This document shows, piece after piece, positions 54,990 to 64,000 of a stretch of DNA of 64,000 nucleotides. The stretch's first letter is position 1, and every line of letters begins with the position of its first letter. The stretch comes from the human T2T-CHM13v2.0 reference genome, Homo sapiens. The notes under the pieces were generated by a model, which saw only the letters and a list, made by a program, of their open reading frames with translations, made no database searches and had not been told where the DNA came from. The stretch lies in the NCBI RefSeq assembly GCF_009914755.1, contig NC_060947.1; one strand, given 5' to 3'. Both the position numbers and the translations under genes were made by a program.

Positions 54990-55880
54990 CATAGTTTGGT
55001 TTCCCTCTAAAACCTTTATCTTGATGCCCTACCTGGACCTCAAACTCAATGTTCTGAATTCCGAATTTATTCTTTTTTCCCAGAAAACTTTTGCCTCCAC
55101 CTATGTTCCCACACTCAGTGAATGGCACTGCCCAGTTGCCCAAAGTAGAAACCTCATCCTTGAATCTTGCCTCTTCATCATATTGCACATCTCATCACCA
55201 AAGACCTTCGTCTACGTTTCCACTGCCACTGACTCAAGCTCAAGCTCCCACCATCTCCTGCACCATTCTCCTAACTGATCTCCCTGATGTTACCCCCTCC
55301 ACCACTGATAAACAGCAATCTTCCCATCATGTCACTCCCCTGCCTAAAAGATTTCAACAACATTCCTGTTACCCCTAGATTCTAAGCATGGCACACAAGG
55401 CCCTTCATGATCCAACAAAACTCCAACCCACTTTCCTACTCTCTTCTCCACCCATCCCTTAACTACTAGTGCTCTATACTATAACCATATGGAACTATGC
55501 TACTTTCAGTATGTCACATGGACTATGACCTTTTTTCCCTCCATTCCTTTGCAAATACTTTTCCTTTTTTTAGCACTCAGCCCCCTCACTCCATTCCCCC
55601 CATACACACACACTTTATCTGGTAAATGATATATCTTCGAAATTCTGCTGAAATATTTGCTTCCCCAGACCCTAGATCTCCAGCCCCTTAGCCCTGCTGT
55701 GTGTCCTCATAGCTATTTATGCAGCACTGGTCTTACAATAGTATTATTATTTGTTTATATGTTTAACTCCCTCACAATACTATGAACTTCTTGAAGACAA
55801 GATTGTTGTCTTATTTATCTCTGCCAATAGTGCCTGGATTATTATTATTTGTAAATTGAATAACTGAATGAGTAAATGAG
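54990..55880 (+). mobile_element. L2 3' region
   Basis: cctcaaactcaatgttctgaattccgaatt...tcagtgaatggcac...catgtcactcccctgcctaaaa...atgaacttcttgaagacaagattg...tgaataactgaatga. Confidence 0.82.
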
Positions 55881-57959
55881 ATAACTTTAGCTAAAAACAA
55901 AATGTAGGATTACAGGAACATTGAGGAGCTAGCAAAGGACATGGCCTTGAGTAGGCTGTGTCCTCAGATAATACATTAGATAGTCATCTACCTCCTGTGC
56001 ACTGGACTTGCCTTGATTTTGACCCAATCTCCCTACCAAAAACATTACCTTCCTGGTCCGACCAACTTAGAAGCAAAACAGATATCTTGGTTCTGGGAAC
56101 CTTAGTCATGGGTTTCTGGCTAGAGGACAAAGCTGCAGTGCGCCTTATGGTTCCTGAGTCTCAGCCAGTAGAATCATTAACATATGAGTAATCTCAAGAG
56201 CTAGAATGTAGATATAACGCTATTTCATATAAATCAATGGTATTTAGACAGCCACATGAATTCTCTAAAGACAAGAGTAGCATAGTATTATTTTCCACAG
56301 CTCCTAATGAAAAACTAAAGAAGGAAAACTGCTTCAAAATGTCTGTGTAGGCAATGTAACAAGGATGAAAAATGATGTGAGAACTGTTATAGGTAGTTCT
56401 CAGTTATCTGAACCAGAGGAGGTAAGCTTGGCACAGATAATCCAAAAGGCATTTCTGTGAGCATAAAATAGTGCCTATTCATAATGCATCTTCCTTCTTG
56501 GTTCTATCTTTCTTAGGCTTGGCTGAGCATGGGAAGTAAGGGAGGTTATCTCAGGGATAGGAATGTTTTGGATGTCCCTTCAATTACATATTCCCAAAAG
56601 TCAGGGAGCATCCTTTTGAGGGACTAGCAGAAGTAAGATACAAAATAATTGTATGCAGAAATATGAGTGGATGGGGGAACACAGAAGAAAAGAGAGGGAC
56701 ACTAAATCCAGGGAGAAAAAGAATAGTTTCAGGGCCATAAAGACAAACGTTACTGATCTCACAATGACCTGAGATCCTTGTTCCTGAGACTATAATGTCT
56801 GACGGACACAAATAAAGAATAAACAAAATCAACAATAAACATCATAAGCTTAGTATTTTTTGCTAAAGAAATTTGATGTGATGTTTTATACTTGCTTAAG
56901 AAGCTCAAAAGAATTGCATCAGCTGTAAAATTTCCAGGTTCCAACACGCATACTACAGAACTATTTCACAGAAGCATTTTATACCTCTGAGAGGCTGAGA
57001 AAAAGGCTTCCAAAGATTGGTCCAGTCTCTTTTTCTCTTGGAAAGCTCTTGGCACAAATGTATTCCTTCTGAAAATCCTAGAGAAAGAATTACTGGTTTT
57101 CATTTGGCACAGTATGAAAGGAAGCAGTACAATATTATTTACCAAAGCTACCCATTCTCTTCCATTTTTTATTCCTTTTGATAATATAAATAATAATATA
57201 AATATAAATAATAATAATATAAATATGTCATGGTTCATCAGTAAGGTAGAAACCTTAAAAACCTTTAATAATCACTTTAACAAATGATTTTTTTTATCCC
57301 ACCACTTCTATCCACCTAGCATAATGCTGAATAGTAGCATTTAAAAAATGACCTTAGACATGTCAAGCTAGAAAGGTCTTTAAAGTTCTTAAGGCTGAGG
57401 TTTCAGGTTCTGAAAAATGAATTGGCCCATATTTTGTCAAGTTGGTGAGTCTCCTAATCTGTAATTCTACTTAAAATGTGGGATTCGAAAAATCTAAAGG
57501 CTAGCCCCAGATTTATCGCGTTAAGCCTTTTCTACCCTGTCTCAATTCTTTTATCTGCATAATGGCAGTAATATACTTTGTACCCTATCTTGCAGGAATA
57601 AAGAAGAATGGCATAGTGATGTAAGCTAAAATCAAAATGCCGAGTATGACTGGGCAATTGCCTAAAGCTAAAAGAACTGCTCTGTATATAAGTGATTAAG
57701 ATGCGGGAGGAAAGCCTCTTCCTTTTGTGCCCACGCAGTCACAGTGCTTTGTGTAAGGCTTTACCCAACAGAATTGAAAGAGTCAATGTACCTTCCCATG
57801 TTCCTCATGTACTCACCCACCCAGGAGAATGCAGTCAGTTCTATCTACTTCTCACATCGATTAGCAAGTCAACAAGTCACGGCATTAAATGCTAATCAGA
57901 ACAGCGGCTTTTGTGGTATACTCTCTGGGCCATATTGTGACGAGAAAGAATGACCACAG

Positions 57960-58120
57960 GCATTAGGCTCTGTGTTGTGTGGCTGTTTCCTCACCAATAA
58001 AGTGAACATAATAATTGCCCCTAACTTATAGAATTGTTGTATGGGTTACATCCATGAAAGGCACCTAGAACAGTTTCTGCCACATAGTTAGCATTCTGTA
58101 AGTGCTTGCCACTACCATTA
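57960..58120 (+). mobile_element. MIR fragment
   Basis: gtttcctcaccaataaagtg...atagaattgttgtatggg...cctagaacagtttctgccacatagt. Confidence 0.7.
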
Positions 58121-59339
58121 TGCTCTTACTAGGGTTACAGGAAAGCAGACTTCTGAGACATAGAACGAAGATCTTTAGCTGCCCTAGCTGATGTCTCCCA
58201 TGCCTTGGTGCCACCTTGCTCATCTCTCCAATGTGCTAATTTTGGTTTTCTTCTATGAGAATCAGAACCTGTTCCCAGGAGAGGAGCTGGGAAACTCATT
58301 TACACTCTATGAAGGTAGAAACGGCTGATGGACAACGTCTCTCAGACATCTCTGTGGTTTAGGCAAGTGTAGAAGGCCTCGGGCCAAAGGAAGGAAGTCT
58401 TGTTTTTGGAATCGCAATACTGGTGATCAGAAAGCGGAGGTTCATTTCCTTCCAACAATCCTAACTACATAGCCAGCCATCCGCCTATCCCACATTTTGC
58501 TAAGGTTAGGCCCATTGCTGCAGAGAAGAATGCAATCAGAAAAGCTGGACCAATGCATTTTTATGGCTTTACTGGGCATATATTTTGGAGAATCATAAAA
58601 AGGAAAATGACATTCTCTTTATTCACAAGCAAACGGAAGTGCCTAAAGGCAGCTTAAGCTAAACAGACTTCTTTGGAAATTCTTGAAGTCAGTGGCTCCA
58701 CCAAAAATATATCTACATTTTCATTTCTTAATAAGCTGAGAGAAAGCAAAAAGCATACGTATTTTCTGACATATTTTTAGGCTCCCCTGGATTCATAGTA
58801 CATATTGAATCTTAGAATTGGGAAACTAAGCTTAGTTTACGGTCTTGCATTTGTTTGGCTTAAGCTGGTGACTACTAGGAATTGGGAGGAATGGCCATGT
58901 ATCTAGTTCCAATTTCCTTTCCAAGCTCTCCCTTCACCTGCAGGCCCATTTCCTGAGGCCATTGCCATATGGCTGGATGGACCCAGTCATTTGTGTGTAT
59001 CATCCACTAGGAGGGCTATGAAGAGAAAGCAAAGGACAGCCATTGGAGAGCATGCAGAATATTTGGTTATTTTGTGGGAGATCATGGGAAAGATTTTTTG
59101 TGGCCTTAAAGACAAACAAATAAAAAGATAGGATAGCCACTACCCTCACTGACAGCCCACATAAATCTAAAGTCAGTGTTCCCCAAATTCAAGCTTCCCT
59201 CATCACTTGATCGTAGGGGCTGTCCCCGCCAAGTGGATGCTCAGAATTCTGTGGTACAATGGACCTATTTTCTGAATGCAAAAACAGGACACATGGTCTG
59301 AAAATACGTTTTCTTTTCTTTCTGGCTTTTCTAAGGCAA

Positions 59340-59535
59340 TCCTGAGGATTCAATCCCAGCTCTGACAGAGATTAGCTGTGTGACCTTGGGCAACAACCTG
59401 TCTGAGCGTCTGTAAAATGGCAATGATTATAGTATCTACTTCATTGGGCTGTTATGAAAATAAAATGAGATACTGTGAAAGTGCTTAGCACAGTGTCTGA
59501 TAAACAGAAATACTCAACAAAGTGTAACTATTAAT
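59340..59535 (+). mobile_element. MIR SINE
   Basis: aatcccagctctg...tagctgtgtgaccttgggcaa...ctgtaaaatgg...aaagtgcttagcacagtgtctg. Confidence 0.88.
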
Positions 59536-60019
59536 TATGATAAATGATTAAAATTGTATAAAAGCATCAACATGAAATCACATTTAGTTAGTAATTTCAC
59601 ATTTAGTTACTAATTTTATAGAAAAGAAGAAAGATACACGAAATTTGGATTGTCCTAGAAAATCCTGGGTGTTTTATCACTGTATCTGTATTCACTGTCT
59701 CCCCTTCAGATTAATAAGGCATCTTAGAAGAAGAGACAGAAAGAAGACAAAAATAGAAGGCAAAGGCAACCTTCTCACTGACCCCATAATTTCTTATAGC
59801 TGCTGATAAGCTATTTGGAGCTCTGTAGATCTGATTTTGTTTCTAGAACCCATCTGTTTTCCTCTCTGAATGTGCTAACTTGAAATTAGAGAAGATTTCC
59901 ATAAACTATTTGTTTCATGATGTCATCTAATATGAAACTGAAAGTTCAAAATTATTGTTTAACTGGAACCTACTGAAATGGAAGACCATTCAGTTATTCT
60001 AATTAATATTATTCAAAAG

Positions 60020-60600
60020 GTAACCTACCACTTTACACTTCCAAGCACTTTCCCCATGTCTTTTATCATCATTCATACTTAATGAGGAGGGCAGTGCAGG
60101 TATATTGTTGTTACTTTACAGATTTTAAAAATCTATATTTTTAGAGAGGGTAAGTGATTTGTCCAAGTTCACACAGCTAATGAGCAGTGAACGCGGGACT
60201 AAAGCCCGTTTCCTAACACCCAGTCCAAAAATCTTCCATTACACCAGACCACTGCACACCTTTAGGACAAAAGATTATTATATCCTTACTGACAATGAAA
60301 GGCTCAGCTTCAGAGAAAGTTTTGGGGCCAATGAATAATCAGTTCCTCAGACTAACATCCACCCTTGACGAGCATTCATGTGCCATGCTCTGGGCTAAGC
60401 CTATTAAATGCATCATTTCCTTTAGTCGTCACAAAAATTTTACCAAGGAAGTACTGTCATGATCCTCATTTTACAGATGAGGAAGTAGAGGCATGAATTA
60501 AGTAATGTGTTCAACATCGCATTCCTAGTAAGTGGTGGAGCCAGTGCTAGACGCCCTGATTCCTAACTCCCAGTGAAAGTGTTCTTCCTGTCACTCCATA
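60020..60600 (-). mobile_element. Two MIR copies (about 60020-60250 and 60365-60600)
   Basis: agagagggtaagtgatttgtccaagttcacacagcta; atcctcattttacagatgaggaag...ctagtaagtggtggagcc. Confidence 0.82.
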
Positions 60601-62049
60601 CTGACAGCCACTTTCAACTCTCCTATTAGCAAAGAAAGGATGTTACTTTTAAAGATGCTTTAGGGAAAAAGGGTAACTCAGTCCTCTCTCAATTCCACAT
60701 ACAGGTAGAGGGGGAGAAGTTTAGAATACAAGCACATCATGCCTAATCCCAAAGCCATGAATGTGCAAATGTGGGAGGACAGTTAGGAACACAGAGTCCA
60801 GCAGAGAGAACTCAGGGATAGGGATACATCCTCTCTTACTTATTCATGCCTTGGGCGTCAGTCACATCTGGTTCTCAGCCAAATAGAAGGGCAAAGTAGG
60901 TATAGTCAGTCTGTAGTTTCCTTCCTCCTATGGGGAGCCTGGGGCCCTAACCACGTTTCAACCTACCCCACAGACCTCATCAAAACTGCTCTGTTCCCTT
61001 TTCCCTAGAATTCCACTAGATGCATGGAGCCAAGTCCAAGTGTTCATGGCTAGGGAGAATAGTGGCTACCCGCCTCAGTGACATTTGCTTTTTAAAGAAG
61101 TTCCTTCTAGGCCTTCACCTTTGAGCCTCTGAATAGTGGGTGCAGAAGCAAACCTGCTTTCCACCCTTCCCATCCCAATCTGAGGTGGGGACAGCCAGTT
61201 AGGCGGGATGCTGAAGGGTTGCCTTGGCTAACTCACTAGTAATTGGAAGTTGACCTTTCTCATTTTCTTGCCTCCAGAAATCCTCCCCTGGGGATACAAA
61301 TGTGTGCAAATCACCCTAAAGACAGGACAGGTGAAGCTCCAAGTGCACATTTAGACTGGGAAAGGGAAAAATCAGTTCATTATTTCAAGACCTCTTGAGA
61401 TGCTGTAAATACACAGTCAACACAGAACAAAGATCCCTTTTTCCCCCTTACATTATTTATGTGCCATCTAAAAATTACACACCCGTTCTCTTTCCAGCAC
61501 TGAGAGAGAGAAACATGCATATTCATGATCTGATAAATATTTAAGTGGGATTTATTTAAATGAGAGAGTCCATTTACAAACATTCCCTGGCTCTGAGATC
61601 TTATCCTGGGCACACAGAGGGAGGATAATTTCCTCTGGTAGATTCAAAACCTCCGCTGGCCACCTGTCCCCCTAAACTTGGAGCTCTTCCTTGAGAGCTG
61701 GTGAATGCCACCCGCAGTATTTCAAGGGAGTCTTCCGTACCTCCTCCCTACAGTCCGGCCTTCCTGCTCTGAGCTCATGTCATAGGATCAGTCGTTGGCA
61801 AAATGCTAGAGCTGGCAGTTTATTTGGTAGTCGGGGGAGGAAGTCACAGCTTTCTTTGCCTGGGCCCTTCGTCCCCACCACATAAGCCCGACGGCAGCAC
61901 CCACCACTGATATTCCTAGCTTTCTTGTGGGACCATCTTCCCCTCTCAAGGAGAACAGTTATGTGATACACCAGGTAACCAGGACTGGTTGACTGTGCTG
62001 CCCCTCTCTCAGGAAGACATGCATTTTAATGCTTCAAAAGCGTTTTGTC

Positions 62050-62290
62050 AGTACCTGTTTTCAAAGGACTTATACACAGAGTGATTCCATTCACTCCTCA
62101 CAACAATCAGATGAGAATTGACAAGAATTCCAAGGCAAAAATCATTTTCCCAGCCTTAAAAATGAAGAAATAAAAAAGAGAACCCCTGCTTGCCCAACCT
62201 AAGTCACACAGTTTGTAAGTTGCAGAGTTAAGACTTGAACTTAGGTCTGACTCTAAGATCTGGGATCTTTTCATTATACAAGGCTGCCTC
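62050..62290 (-). mobile_element. MIR fragment
   Basis: tcctcacaacaatc...aagtcacacagtttgtaagttgcagagttaagacttgaacttaggtctgactc. Confidence 0.7.
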
Positions 62291-62806
62291 TCATCAGGAA
62301 GGAGGACTGGAGAGAAAGCAATGGTAACCCAAAAGGAAGACTAATGGTGACCTATCAGGCATTGTGGCCACGGGGGCCCAAGACCTCTTCATTCCTATCA
62401 TATAGATGACTTTCTGTATATGAACTTAACTCTGGACTTTCCATTCTGGTGCCCATTCTTGGACATCACTCTGTCTCTAGTCCTATCCCACTTCTTCTCG
62501 CTCAAATTAAACTCACCTGTTTTGTGTCTCATTTTATCTAGACTTTATGAGATGATCAGTGAACTCACCTATAGAGCTAATCTGGGCTAAGGCATTAAAT
62601 TAAATGCTGATTAATGGCTCAATATACAACCTCTCTTAGGTCATACACATTTTTTGACAGAAGCTTCTAAAACTTTACTCAAGGATACTGTATATGACAA
62701 ATACTTCAAGCAATGAGCCAGGCCAGTGAGAGCAATATCATTGGGCAAATGGGCTTCTCAGGCCTTTAACTTATGCTACCTAAGTGACCATCTATTCTGC
62801 CTAATT

Positions 62807-62992
62807 TAGGGTTACCAGATGAAATATAGGACATCCCATTAAATTCAGTTTCAGATGAATAACAAATACTTTTTAAGTATAAGCATGTCCTAAATATCGC
62901 ATGGGACATACACTAAAAATTATTTGTTGTTTATTTGAAATTCAAATTTACTGTGTTTCCTGTCTTTTTATTTGCTAGATCTGGTAACCCAA
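62807..62992 (+). mobile_element. MER53 palindromic hAT MITE, near full length
   Basis: TAGGGTTACCAGAT...ATCTGGTAACCC; central atgtcctaaatatcgcatgggacat; degenerate 8-bp TSD GCCTAATT / ACTTAATT. Confidence 0.92.
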
Positions 62993-63829
62993 ACTTAATT
63001 GTAAGATCTGTTCCGCTGCGCATAACCATCAAAAAGTACCTATTAGGCATCTGCTTCCTCATGACACTTGCTTGTGACCAATCCTATAGCATGGAACACT
63101 GGTGGAGGGGTGAGGGCAATGAGAAAGAAAAAGCGAAAGCAGACATGGGAAAGAGTATCCCATCATGAGACTGGTCTTACCTAGTCACTTGTCCATGACA
63201 TAAAAGTAATGTCACTAGGTCTTTTCAGAAAATAGAACTAGTCCCATTTGCCTCTCATCACCAACCCCTCCTCCCATCTGCTATGCTATACTGTTCTGTT
63301 CTATTTTGCTTTTTGATAAATGAAAAAGGAACATGTTTTGGCAAATGCCAGCCCCTGTGTTCTCTAAGTGATCTGGGCCTCAGAAGGCATATCCCAAGCA
63401 AACATCAAGGTGGGATGGAGGGCGCTACCAGGCCACTGCACAGACAGTGAGGCTGCCCAAATGTAATTAAGCACCAGGCGCAGACCCCAAGAGTGACAGT
63501 GGGAAGAATTCCATGACCAAAAAAATATTAGGGAAGTGAAGTGGAGAATGTTTACAACCCTAATTAGCAATTTGCACAACACCAGAATTAAAATTTTTCC
63601 CAGTGTCAAGCAAGTTTGTAGACTGACACTATGGAAGCTAAACTGGGCCCATGGGAAAAGGCAGCACTAGGCTCCTGCTAGTCAGTCCAGTCCAGTGGCT
63701 AACGCACCTACCAAGGCATTCAAATTGAGAAAATGACTAAATTAGAACACAAACAGTAGACTGACTCATATGTAAGATAACAACAGAAGCGAAGGAATGC
63801 AAACTCCAGAAATGAGGCCTTTGAGTAGC

Positions 63830-64000
63830 AATAACAAGGATAATAACAATAATAATAACAATAATAATATAACAATATTATAAATAATAATAACAAAGAT
63901 AATTATAACAATAGCAAACCTATGTGAGCACTTATGTGTCAGGCACTGTTCTATATACTTTGCATGAATTCGCTCATTTAATCCTGATGACAATCCTATG
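63830..64000 (-). mobile_element. (AAT/AAC)n tract plus MIR 3' part
   Basis: AAT-rich 63830-63912, then tgagcacttatgtgtcaggcactgttcta...ctcatttaatcctgatgacaatcctatg. Confidence 0.8.

Overview
Primate (human-type) genomic DNA from inside GRIA3, the AMPA receptor subunit GluA3 gene, transcribed on the + strand. The only supportable coding feature is one 240-nt, phase-1/phase-1 internal exon at 41997-42236 encoding part of the GluA3 N-terminal domain (most likely exon 3). The rest is intronic and rich in decayed interspersed repeats: MIR/MIR3, L2, CR1/L3, L1M 3' ends, three Alus, hAT and Tigger DNA-transposon relics, and MaLR and ERV1 solo LTRs. Apart from the exon and a decayed CR1 reverse-transcriptase relic, the ORF track looks like chance or repeat-derived ORFs. 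I found no evidence of a new multi-gene system. The best leads are (1) an open read-through of the exon into a short tail followed by a dense poly(A)-signal cluster, a candidate truncated GluA3-NTD isoform; (2) a TSD-flanked tailless 5S rRNA retrocopy; (3) two L1 insertions stacked at one target site; (4) a long GAAA/GGAA microsatellite; and (5) dsRNA-forming repeats around the exon. Repeat families were called by eye from recalled consensus sequences, and boundaries without TSDs or TIRs are approximate.
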